NCBI GenBank assembly: GCA_002104905.1
Contig: MCFE01000149.1
Coordinates: 89,404-153,403 of the forward strand
Length of the DNA stretch: 64,000 bases
Direction: 5' to 3'
DNA from: Basidiobolus meristosporus CBS 931.73
Taxonomy: Eukaryota > Fungi > Basidiobolomycota
Shown here: in pieces, positions 13,095-24,209 of the stretch
How the letters are laid out: the number at the start of each line of letters is the position of its first letter
Position numbering within the stretch: the first letter of the stretch is position 1
Notes under the pieces: generated by a model
Seen by the model: only the letters and a program-made list of their open reading frames with translations
What the model was told of the DNA's origin: nothing
Database searches by the model: none
Made by a program: the position numbers and the translations under genes

Positions 13095-13439
13095 ACAAGT
13101 CAAGTTGCAGGTATTACCATATCCTAATATCATCAAGAAGATTACCTTTAAGTCTGTCATGGATGTAATGAGATGGCATATGGAGGACAGCCAGGAAGAG
13201 TTGGAAAATACTGAGGATAGATGTACACATGAAGATAGCTATGCCCATGGAATTAAGAAGCTAAGCAGTCCTAATGCATAGGTAATCAGTTAAGTAATGC
13301 AAAGTTGGGTTGGATACAACAAGCAACCAATTTTTATTAGGACAACTTTACCAAGGAATCCCAGGTTTCTCTTGGCCTTGAGCTGGCTTCTGTACTATGC
13401 AATAGAGAATTCACACAAACAAGAGCTAGAGTGCACCTA

Positions 13440-13653
13440 TAACTCCAAAGAACACCAAGTCTAGCCTGCATAGCAAACCTACTCTGTTACCTTTATAGCC
13501 CAACTCAGCTATATACAAGACCAATATTAGACCAGAACCTCTCTGCTAATATTTCTGTCACTCTTGGCAATTGTAAAATTCTGTACTTAGTTGTCACTTA
13601 GGTTCAATTCAATCATTCAAGAGTTTTGTTAAACCTTTCTCTTGGATACAACA
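13440..13653. repeat. Truncated LTR of the gypsy family at 36237-42107 (opposite orientation)
   Basis: Reverse complement of 36237-36450, ending ...TTCTCTTGGATACAACA at 13653; it truncates Harbinger copy 3. Confidence 0.85.
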
Positions 13654-15589
13654 GTGTGCACTAACAAGTATCTTAACTATCTTACCTATTCTGCTGCTTT
13701 CTCCTATATATGACTTTGCTCTGCTTTTACCTGCCAATATGTTGAATCTCTTTAGATATCCAAGTGTATGTTCCATCCTCATTGTGAAGTGATTAACTAT
13801 CTTATTGTTGAGCTTCTGCTTTCTATCAAGCACACCATTCCTTGGTTTCCTATAAGCTGTAATGCATCTCAACTCGGACAATCCTCTCCTATACCAGCCA
13901 AGTTTGCTGAGCATTTCTCCCCAGTACTGAATTCAGGATGATGCTCTACCCCAAGTGCTTTGTCATGCCTACTTCAGCAAATGGCCCACTAAACCACATG
14001 ATGTTACCCCTAATGCCAGGCAGGGTGTGAAATGTAACACAGAGTGCCTTGTACTTGCAAAGTAAAAGTTCCTCTGCCTTCTAGAAGGTCTACTAATCCT
14101 GACTGGGATGGTATCCTAAATTCTGCTGATATGGAACCTGTAGCTGAATACTCTGGGATATGTAAGTCTATTGGAGCTTCTGAGCCTTGTATTCCAAGCT
14201 TACTCTAAGTCATTCATGTGCTCTGCAAGGTGATTCTCCATTGCTACCAGCTGAGAATAAAAGTTTTGATGACTTTTGTTGTCATGGATGGTAGGGCAAA
14301 ACCTTTTGGGGCAATAGTTCTTGTAATAGCAGAGAAGATTAACATGGGATCTCCTTGAGTAGATTGGGGTAGATGGTCCACAGCACCTGGTAAAGATCTC
14401 CTTTGATATGTCAAAAGGATATTCAGTGATGGTGATGGGATGTATGATAAAAGACCATTCAGATGAGTAAGTGATATTAGGATTGGTAGGTGATTGGGTA
14501 CATGTGAATCAAATCAATTTGGCACAATCAGCTTAATTGATCTGACTTTCCATGAATTATTATTGAATGTCCATCAATTGCCATGTATCTATCATTATGT
14601 TGCAAAAATCATCTTCAAACAATGGCTTGGTGATTTAATCACAAGTCTATTATAAAATAGGAAATCTGCAAGTGACATGATCTGATCTGTGCCAATGCAA
14701 TTGAAGATGCTTCCTGCATAATATATGGAAAATTCAATAATCTCATTAGATTTCATATATATTTCAAATAAGACCAGGTTGATGCCAGTATACTGCTGTA
14801 TAGGTACTCAAATTTGTCACTATGGCCCCTATGCCAAATCTCAACTCATCTTTAGTACAACCCAGACAAAACCCATCCCTCAGCTCACATGCATGGTCTG
14901 GACTGGAAAAGTTGATGTTAGATCTGTTCAAGCTCTTGTCCAATGATTTTAGTATGGCCCAAGTGTCTATGATGAGCCTTCATACAGATATTTGGGCACT
15001 ACGTATTAGTCCAACAGAGCTGGGTACCTCAGAGAGTTAACCAAGAGGAAAGAATCAGAATAGAAAGCTGTGGCATGAGCTCTACATCAAGTTGCCAGCA
15101 GATTTATGTAAGACAATATTTAACAAGACAAGTATTGAAATCAAGAATGAGCTCAGAGTGAAGGGATTTGCTGAGGAAGCCACACCAGAACAATTCTGTG
15201 AGAACTTGTATAGTACATGCCATATGTGTCCATTTGTATCTCAATGTTGGGAAGCAAGGAGATCTTGAATGAGTTCTTGCCTCAAATGACTAATGTATTA
15301 TGTGATGTGTTAGTAGAGCTAAGTGGCTTCCAAGAGCACAGGACTCATCAAGGCAACACATCCATAGTGACAGACAGAAGGTAAGTGAATACCTTGAGGA
15401 ATCAGAAAGTAAGCTTCAAGAGGAGGAATAAACACTGTAAGCAACTGTGTCTAGATTGTGCCAGCACACCATGCTGGGTTCCATACCATCCCTTGCAATG
15501 CTGGCACACTGGTGCACATCAGTCCAGTCCATGCCAACATCCTTTACAAGAGTGCACTGCATTGTGTTAACCTGCATTAGGTCAACATG

Positions 15590-15906
15590 CCCTAAGAAAA
15601 AAAATTGAGAAAAGGCCAGCAAAAAACCATAATAGTATCAGCTGAATTCCAAGTTTCTCAAAATTGACAACTCTCTATATCTCTGTTTTTAGTGATGGGC
15701 AGTCAAGCAAAGTTCTCCAGGAGGAGACTAGGCAAACTAACATCCATACCAAGTCTGGTAATTAGCTGCCCATAACTTTGCTCAAAAGTTGCATTTGAAA
15801 TTTTGAACCTGAAACACCAGCTGAATACCAGCAAAATACCATTAGAATACAAGCAGAATACCAGCTAAAAATCAGATGAATTTCAAGTTTGAAATTTTTC
15901 AAAGGG
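15590..15906. mobile_element. 317-bp MITE-like element with short CCCT-type TIRs, copy 1
   Basis: Ends CCCTAAGAAAA...TTTTTCAAAGGG, flanked by CATG on both sides (15586-15589, 15907-15910); absent from Harbinger copy 1; second copy at 16771-17800. Confidence 0.65.
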
Positions 15907-16095
15907 CATGCATGCTTCAGAACAAAACTACCAGAACTTGCCACACTGCTCATTTGAACACAAGTCCATTGGAGCAGGCCAAGTTGCATCAACATGTAGC
16001 ATTGCATCTGACTCAGCCAAGGGCCTTGCCAATGTGCCAAGTTATGCCAGTGCATACTAATACACCTGACCATCAGCAAGTTACTTCTGGTGAAC

Positions 16096-16241
16096 CTACC
16101 TTAACCTATTCTACATCTTTGTTATGCTAAGACCATGTAAAAGTATAAATACTACTTTTACATTCAATATATTATAAGTGAAAACCGCGTAATCTACTTG
16201 TTCTCCCAATCACTTCTAATATCTTCAAGACTCTTACAGCA
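16096..16241 (+). repeat. 3' half of a copia LTR (same family as 54389-59056)
   Basis: ccttaacctattctac...gactcttacagca matches the LTR 3' half. Confidence 0.8.
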
Positions 16242-17020
16242 GCTTGTGTATTGGTCAATGAGCCAATTGGGAGCTAACAGCTTCAGAATACTTTTAGACC
16301 AATCAACCACTGGCATAGGGCCCAATTGGAGCAATGGTTACCAAAATGGTGAGTATCAGTGTAGTGTATAGTGCAATATGCATTTATTTCTACTTACATT
16401 CAAGAAACATATCCCAATAGCAAATTTTACCTACCACAATAGTAGTCTCCAGTTGTGCACATCATGCAAATATTTCAAGTTGGTGCAATCATCTGTGCTA
16501 ATCTCATCATGTCAGATTGTGTCATAGTGTGCAAGATTGTCCCACATGGTGCAATATTGTCCAAATACAATCTTGCCTACTGGTACCTACAATATTGTGC
16601 CCAATTGCTCTTAACAACTACTAAGAGTGCCATGCACCCTGGCACAGTACAATGGAACAAGTCTCATGTTGACAGTGTGCCCACAGAAGGTAATAATGCA
16701 GACTCCTCAAGCTCTCAGTCAGGAAGGCAATTGAGAATCTGTGTGGAGCTGCAAGCTGACCATAATGCTCCCCTAAGAAAACAAATTGAGAAAAGGTCAG
16801 CAAACTACTATCATAGTATCAGCTGAATTCCAAGTTTCTCAAAATTGACAACTCTCACTATCTTTGTTCTGAGCTGATGGGCAGGCAAGCAAACAAGCTC
16901 TCCAGGAGGACACTAAGCAAACTGGCGTCCATCCCAAATTTGGTAATTAGCTGCCCATTACTTCCATCAAAAATTGCATTTGAAATTATGAACCCAAAGC
17001 ACCAGCTGAACACCGCAAAA

Positions 17021-17725
17021 TGTTGTAAGAGTCTTGGAGATATTGGAAGTGATTTGGGAGGACAAGTAGATTATGTGGTTTTCACTTTATGAATTGTTGA
17101 ATGTAAAAGTAGTATTTATACTTTTACATGGTCTTGGCATAGCAAACAGCTATAATAGGCTCAAGAAGGCCCCAAGAGCATGTGTGCAAAGTTTGGGGCT
17201 GTTTGAACAACTTTGAGAATTTTCATGTTCTGGGTGTTGTAAAAAATTTGTATTTCCACCTAAATATTCACCTAACTTAGTCACTTAGATCATCACCTTC
17301 AAATCCTAGAGAATACTGACCAAATTCCTTGTCGGGATTTACTTAGAATATTTTCACCAAAATGCCAGGTACCCAGAACATGAAAATTCTCAAAGTTGTC
17401 CAAACAGCCCCAAACTTTGCACACATGTTTTTGGGACCTTCCTTAACCTATTCTACGTGTTTGTAATGCCAAGACCAGGTAAAAGTATAAATACTACTTT
17501 TACATTCAATAAACCATTAAGTGAAAACCACATAATCTACTTGTTCTCCAAATCACTTCCAATATCTCCAAGACTCTTACAACACTGGGTACCTGGTATT
17601 TTGGTGAAAATAATCTGAGTGAATCCCAGCAAGGAATTTGGTCAGTATTCTCTAGGATTTGAAGGTAATGATCTAAGTGGCTAAGTTAGGTGAATATTTA
17701 GGTGGAATTACAAATTTTTATAACA
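17021..17725 (-). mobile_element. Copia solo LTR (reverse orientation) hosting a second solo LTR
   Basis: TGTTGTAAGA (17021) to TTTTTATAACA (17725); TSD CAAAA at 17016-17020 and 17726-17730. Confidence 0.9.
17235..17584 (+). mobile_element. Copia solo LTR (350 bp) inserted inside the reverse solo LTR
   Basis: TGTTGTAAAA...CTTACAACA; TSD CTGGG at 17230-17234 and 17585-17589; closely matches LTR 58708-59056. Confidence 0.93.
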
Positions 17726-18124
17726 CAAAATACCATTAGAATACCAGCAGAATAACAGCCAAAAATCAGATGAATTCTAAGTTTGAGATTTTTCATAGGG
17801 ATCAGGCATATGAGAATGTAGCAAACACATTACCTTTGGATGAAGACCAGCAGGTGACTGTTATAACATCACCACCACTCATATTAGCAAGTATGGTGTC
17901 AGCTCATACCAAAGCATTAATGAGGCAATTGGGTGCAGTGGCTGATAGGATAGATGCAATGGCCCAGAGAAATCAGGAAGTAGTCCAGAAACAGGATGAG
18001 TGGATAATACATGTAGAGCAATCAATATCCCAGGTAGAGAAAGCAGTATCTTTGCTGCAAAGTAGGAACTCATCAACTCATACAGGAAGCCATGGAGAAT
18101 AACTTTGTTGTCCTAGTTTATTGT

Positions 18125-18581
18125 TCAAAAGAAGATATCATTGCAGATATATACACCAAAACATCAACTAGTGACACATTAATATTGTCAATCACAATTA
18201 GGGCTAGTTAAGGTGAGTATCTAGTTAAGCAGGAGTTTTGTAAATTTTGTAATTGCACCCAAATTTTCATGCAACTTGGTCTCTTGGATCATTGTATACA
18301 AATCTTGGAGAATATTGACCAAACTCCCTGCCAGGACTTACTTGAAATATTTTTACCAAACTATCTGGTACCCAGATCACAATTTCTCAAGGTTGTCTAA
18401 ACAGCCCCAACCTTTGAGCACATGTCTTTGGGCCCTTTCTAAGCATATTTTACCTGCTCATCTTGCTAAGACCATGTAAAAGTATAAACACCACTTTTAC
18501 AATTGATAAACAATCAAGTGACAACCACTTAATCTAATTGTTCTCCCAATCACTTCTAATATCTCCAACACTCTTACAACA
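18125..18581 (+). mobile_element. 3' end remnant of the same copia family (RNase H tail, PPT, diverged 3' LTR 18236-18581)
   Basis: 18130-18235 is homologous to 58608-58707 (attgcagatatatacaccaaa..., purine tract aagcaggag); the LTR ends ctcttacaaca. Confidence 0.75.
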
Positions 18582-18829
18582 GTCAAGCATAAGTCATGTG
18601 TCAGAAGTACCAGCATGGGTAATTGCCTATTATGAAGAGCACTACATATTGTAATCATATATTGAGTGAAAGATTGCTTATCTAATGAAATATGCAGGGG
18701 TGATGATGGTCCACCTAGGGGATAATCCAGATCAAATAAGATGAAAGAGATAGTACTAATATAAGTGTAGCATAGAGTAGGGAAGCAGAATATATGGTAA
18801 TGTGCACATTAATTAGTAGGTGGTATTAT

Positions 18830-19174
18830 TGTTGTGATTATTAAGTTGTCACCTAAATATTCATGCTAACTAAGTCACATAGATCAAATTCTTTGATTAG
18901 CATTCTGTCCTGACCAAATTTCTTGTTGGGACTTGGAAAATTTTCAACAAATTATTAGGTACCCAGATTAGGGACTTTCTCAAAGTTGTCCAAAAGACCC
19001 CACACTTGGCACACATATTCTTGGGACCTTCCTTAGTAAACTCTACATATTTGTTAGCTCTACTTTATCAAAAGTATAGATACCATACTTTTGATCAATA
19101 AATCCAAAAGTGAATAACATGTGAATCCTCTAATTCTCCCCATCACTTCCAATACTCCTCAGAATATTGCAACA
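18830..19174 (+). mobile_element. Diverged copia solo LTR
   Basis: TGTTGTG...TTGCAACA with TSD ATTAT at 18825-18829 and 19175-19179; same internal motif order as the family LTR. Confidence 0.85.
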
Positions 19175-20148
19175 ATTATGACCCTGGCTCAGTGGGGTGA
19201 GTGAGTGGGCATGTTATCACTGCTGATGCTATATGGTATCAGCATGGGATATCTAATGGAATGTCCATGATTTTCCAGCAGGTGATTAGTAAATGGATAG
19301 GTTCTGTTTGATTAACAATCATCAATGACTTGGCTGATAGTCAAGATACATTACAATCACACAGCAGGATTTTCTTGATGACCAGTGGACAAGAGATGAA
19401 CTACAAGCCAAGGCTCCTATGACCAGATCTGGGAGTAAGATATTAAAGGGTTGAGGGAAACTGCGGATATACAGCAGCTCACCAGGATACTGGGGTGAAG
19501 ATATGGTCATGGCCATGGCCACAGCAACCGCTTCCCAGTTGCTGTGCCCTAATGGCAAAACGACCAATCGGTGTTTTCCAAGCAAATCCGGACAGCAGGA
19601 ATGGCATTCCCATACGAATATGAAGCTCTACCAGGGCAGATGCTGTGGGTGCTCCGGTTGTCATTGTTGCAATTCCTCCTACATTGCATCGCTCGAATAC
19701 CCTTGCAACGTCCACCGGGTGCAGTGGTTCACATCATACATTTATTGCAAGGCAGAAATCAAAAGAGGAGATTATGTATCGGGCATTGAGAAGATGAACA
19801 CGACTCAACGGGGGAGGGAAAGGTGGTGAATGCAGGAGATAGGAAAAGAAACTGAAGCGGAAGTGGAAACATCAAGACAAAGAGAAAGAGAAAGAGAAAG
19901 AGAAAGAGAAACTGAGATGGAAAATGAAAGCGGGCACCGGATTCCGGATGAACCACCACATCCAAGGAATCCGCCCCAAAAGTCCGGTAAGTAAATCTGA
20001 AAGGGAGTCGAGTCCAAGTTCCCGAAAAATAAGTCCATTCCCTCACAGGTAGAGTCCCGTCGGGTAGCCGGGTCGAGGTAGAAAAAGAAAACCACGCGGT
20101 CCCAGGGAGATCTGGTGGGGTCCTTGCCGAACCCACGACGATCTCCGG

Positions 20149-20994
20149 TCATTCCTCCAGCATGGTGTTATCCAGAGGGTCCGATTCGATGGAGGTGATG
20201 GCCGGGTGGTTCTTCTCACAATAGTCCACGTGGGCCTGGAGATTGAACACTCTGGACTGCAACGTCTCAACCTCCTCGTCCAAGTTGACGATCAACTGAT
20301 CCGATTCTAATCGCAAGAGGGTCAATCCACCGCGGGACCGAGGGGACACGACAATACGTACCTTTGATGTTTCCCTTCAGCTCGTCGATCAGCTTCTTCT
20401 GCATGGCGATCTCCAGTTCGTACTGAGCCACACGACCCTGACACAAGCGTTTCCCTAGCTCCTCGTTCTCATGCTGCAGACTACGGCACTTGGCCAGCAG
20501 ACGTTTTCCTGTCAAGCTAGGAGTTGGTTAGACCAGCGGGGCTCAGGGCCAGCCAAAGTTTACCCGGTCCCGGGTGGTACCTCGACGGGGTGAAGTTCAC
20601 CGCTTCCAGTTCCTCGGTGAGCTGCTTGATCTTGGCCTCTTTCTTTCCAAGCTCCTTCTTCATCAGAACGAACAACGCGTTGATGGCCGGGTCGAGGAGT
20701 TTCCTTCGCATGTCGTGGGTCTCCGGGTTCAAATTTTCGGCAAGCGTTTTCACTTCACCCTACAAAATCCGGTGCAACCAGTCAATATCCCGGTCGCTGA
20801 AGTTGGGGAGAGGGTCAGGGGTGCTTGGAAGTTTGCTTTACCAGGAGTAGCTGAATCTCCTCCTCTTTCTTGGCTACCTTGAGGCTGTCTCCAGCCCCTG
20901 GATCCACGTCCATGATGGAGAACGATTGCTCGGAGGGCTCTGTGGTTCCAGCGGTAACCTGGTCGGACGGTTGTTGTCCGGTCATTAGAGTCAT
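20149..20994 (-). CDS. WTAP: WTAP / Fl(2)d / Mum2-like m6A methyltransferase complex subunit; exons 20994-20842, 20759-20581, 20516-20362, 20306-20149 (start codon uncertain)
   Basis: Spliced product contains LLDPAINALF...LEAVNFTPSSLTGKRLLAKCRSLQHENEELG...GRVAQYELEIAMQK...LDEEVETLQS, matching the WTAP coiled-coil core; GT-AG introns keep the frame. Confidence 0.9.
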
Positions 20995-22063
20995 ACGCGG
21001 CTTTTGTTTCGGGTCCAGTTTTGGCCGCAAGTTTGGGGAAGATATAGGTGGTGGGCGATTCTTTACGTATTGGTCGAGTGTGGGGAGGCCGGCAGAAAAG
21101 TACGCGGCCAATCTAGTGAGTAAGGAGACGTGGCTCTTTAGCGACCTTCGATCTTTAGAGGTGGGGTTGGCGGGGGAAGCGGATCTGGTACTGCGATGGT
21201 GAGCGGGAAGCAGGGTCTGTTGCTTCGCTCGAGACACACTGTTTGGAACGTAACGAAGAGTACTTTTTCATTTGTGTGTCATGGATTAGTCGTGAATAAA
21301 ATCCATGAGATTCATTTGGATTCCTGACCAATACTGTTCGATCACTCATTTGCGCCCCTCTCAATTGGAAATCGATTCAAACCTGGTTACTATATGTTAT
21401 GCGCCCTATATTGGATACAGCTGTGCAACAACCGTGGGCTTTCTGGTATCGGCGCACCTGGAGCTCACCTCAGCATTCATACCCGTCGGATACCTAATCA
21501 CTCTGGTGTATGCAGGCTGGGGATGACTGCTTTGTGGCTGTCCCAAATTTTAACCCTACTTCAGTATATGCTCACCAAATCACAGTCGACTAGATACCTG
21601 TACGGCTCTGCAATCACTTGCGTGAGACTTCGTCCTAGCAAGGCTACCTTCCAACGCGCCAACCTCACGAACAACAGTCAGCAGTGATGGCCAATTCCAA
21701 CAGCAGTCAAGACTGGTGTGAGAACCTTTGGTGCAACGATTGGGCTGCACACCGGGTCAACCTTACCAGCGCTATTGCAACTTGCCTTGTGGTTTAATAA
21801 GCAACCCCTTGGGAGTCTATCTACACCTAGCCTTAGCTACCGAGTGGACACATGTCACTAGCAACTCGTCGAGTACGCTTTGAACTGGTAGAGGTTTATT
21901 AAACATATTTGGCAGTTTGGATATTTTAGGAGAGCGATAGCAGGATATGTTCAAGAGAAGCCAGGGGCCGATTAGAATATACTGGGCCAGGAACCACTGG
22001 GTCAATTATTCAACATCTATAATGGGGACAGGATGGCTGGGGGCCACACCAGGAAGCCATCCC

Positions 22064-22967
22064 TCACAGCAGGAACGGGATAACGGCTTTCCTGGATTTC
22101 GGGTAGTCCGCGAACGTCGTGTTATACCACTGGTGAATCTGCACAGCTCTGGGAATCAGGTTCGAGGCGGTGCACACGGCAAACAGCATCCCGGGTACCG
22201 ACTGGGTGGCGATTGCGTAGCCGGTCCATTCGATGATCTCGAAGAAGTAGTGGGGACAGGAGATGAACTCGAACAACTGCCCGTAGGGGATCTTGTACTT
22301 GCTTTGCTCCTTGTCTTTCCCTGACACATAGTTCGCTCGTAGGTTCATCAGCGTATTGTCGGCCAGTATGTTCCCGACGAAGCCTGCGAAGAACAGCGCA
22401 GTTCCAAGCAGGAATGGGGTCGAGGTCAGATACGATGCTGGATAGTCTCCAAACACCGCGGCCCATCGACCGTTCATGTACGCATTGCCCAGGTTGAAAA
22501 AGACCGCGCTCAAGCAAGTGATGATTGGCATGGGGGAGCGATACGAGGCACGCCAAACCGAGACGAACGACCGGTTGATGTAGTGCGTCAACCACATGGT
22601 CAGGAACAGGTAGCTAGCCACGGTAGGCTGTGTGTAGTGGGTCGATGAGGGCATGAAGAAAGAGACCAGGAATGTTAAGGGGGACATGGCTTCCATAAGC
22701 ATCCAGCCAAGCTTTCCAGGGATTTTTCCAAGAGGCACGTTGCTGGCCAACATACCTGTTAGAACCGAACATAAGCGAGTTAGTCGTATGCGATGGAAAT
22801 GAGCAACGTACGTGCTTGTACTCACCGTATGGCGAAGTTAATACACAAGAGGCAAGTATGACAACAATCGGAAACGCGACATACAGATATACCACCCGAC
22901 TCAGTAGGATGACTTCGGGGTCTTGTGGATCGTAGCGTGTGCTGTTGGCGAAGGGCATAAGCTCCAT
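22064..22967 (-). CDS. SRD5A: 3-oxo-5-alpha-steroid 4-dehydrogenase (SRD5A/DET2 family); exons 22967-22826, 22755-22064
   Basis: SPYG, GWMLMEA, HYINRS, NILADNTLMNLR, YKIPYGQLFEFISCPHYFFEIIEWTG and RKAVIPFLL are family motifs; one GT-AG intron. Confidence 0.93.
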
Positions 22968-23194
22968 GATTGGAAGGTTTATCGGTGAATCGTGTTGGAG
23001 AGGTGATGACCTTCGTGTGGCAGGGTTCGGATTTATATAGAAAACTGCGCCTGATGCGTGAAGTCGGTGCAAAAAGCCGCGATCTAGACACAACAGGTGA
23101 TTCATCGATCAGTCAACAATCGATAATGCTATTCACCGAGTGGCTATCCAGCTGTTGGGTTGCTCTGATCGAGGAATTCATCAATAAAAGTACG

Positions 23195-23782
23195 ATGGGT
23201 GCTTCCAGCAGCAAGTCCATTGCTCACTCATGTATCTCCTTGAGATCGAAATCAGCCAGGAGTCACTCGATACGTGAGGCTGACATTATGCAATCAATTA
23301 TATCTCATCCCCTTGTCAAGCTTGCTGGATTGGGGTCTCCTGAGCGAAGAACGCCTGCCTGCCCCTGGGATCGTCGAGAGCAATTCCGAAAACAGTCGGC
23401 TTCCGCACAGGGAGGGATAGACCAACTCCAGTCGAGCATGTCTTTAATTGGGTTGGGTGACTTGTTTGACCAGCACGATCGATCAACACCGGAGTCCGCC
23501 CTGATCCCCACTATCCTCATGATGGATTATCAAGACGCATTGTGCTCATGCATGCTCTGGTCCAGCCTGACGATGCGAAACATACACTACAAACACCACG
23601 AATTGACCAACGTAGCCATATGGAGATACTCAGCCACTAAGGCTTGCTCTCTCTCTACAGGAGAAGCCGCTACTGAGGAGATGGATGCTTTTCATGGTGC
23701 AGTGGTCTTTGACAAAATGGTTTTTATATACGCAAATCATCAGGCCTTCCCAGAAGAAGGCCTCATTTATGTGGTGGTTTAG
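23195..23782 (+). CDS. Hypothetical protein (195 aa) beginning MGASSSK
   Basis: Open frame in a CpG-normal region, divergent from SRD5A; N-terminus fits an N-myristoylation pattern; no recognisable domain. Confidence 0.35.
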   Translation: MGASSSKSIAHSCISLRSKSARSHSIREADIMQSIISHPLVKLAGLGSPERRTPACPWDRREQFRKQSASAQGGIDQLQSSMSLIGLGDLFDQHDRSTPESALIPTILMMDYQDALCSCMLWSSLTMRNIHYKHHELTNVAIWRYSATKACSLSTGEAATEEMDAFHGAVVFDKMVFIYANHQAFPEEGLIYVVV

Positions 23783-24209
23783 ACAAAGTATGTAATGTTT
23801 TCTCCGCATACAGTACAACCCAACATAAACCCTGGTTTCCAATGTGCTTGAAAATCTCTGCAAGTGTCCGGTGTTACATGAAAAAGGGCCAACAAGGTGA
23901 AATAGACTGTTGACTAGGGGTAGTATTCATTTACGTGATCGGGTTCGAAGGACGTACTCCACAATATAATACAATCGGATGAGTATTCGGTGTGCGCACG
24001 ATGTATGAACTAAAAGCCATAATACCCAGAATACAAAGAGGATGGCCCCTTTCGCCCATCCCTCTCGGTGCTGTTATTTGTAGCTACAGGGCCTGGGGTT
24101 TCGAAAGGAAGAGATGCCTCATCTGTTCTGGCCCAGATCTCCAGGTTGGGTTTGTTCTTCACATGTGCGCGTCCGTAAGTATTGTTGATCCCTGGAGGAG
24201 GGGAAGGCA

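Larger units (their letters stand above)
13654..16664 (-). mobile_element. Harbinger-type element, copy 3 (one end lost), with nested MITE and LTR fragment
   Basis: Colinear with 2030-4185 and 5850-6267; transposase remnants at 13654-14470; ends with TIR CAATGGAACAAGTCT at 16664. Confidence 0.85.
16771..17800. mobile_element. MITE-like element copy 2, split by nested solo LTRs
   Basis: 16771-17020 plus 17731-17800 (320 bp) is colinear with 15590-15906; termini CCCTAAGAAAA...TTTTTCATAGGG. Confidence 0.65.

Noticed and set aside
1-19400. RIP-like CpA-to-TpA mutation (CAA/CAG-to-stop changes, e.g. 2417)
   Set aside because: CA and TG remain abundant while CG is the depleted dinucleotide; a few CpA transitions do not establish RIP.
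19805-20152. Minus-strand ORF whose ATG overlaps the WTAP stop
   Set aside because: Low-complexity SLSL/FLFL translation driven by a microsatellite; most likely 3' UTR.
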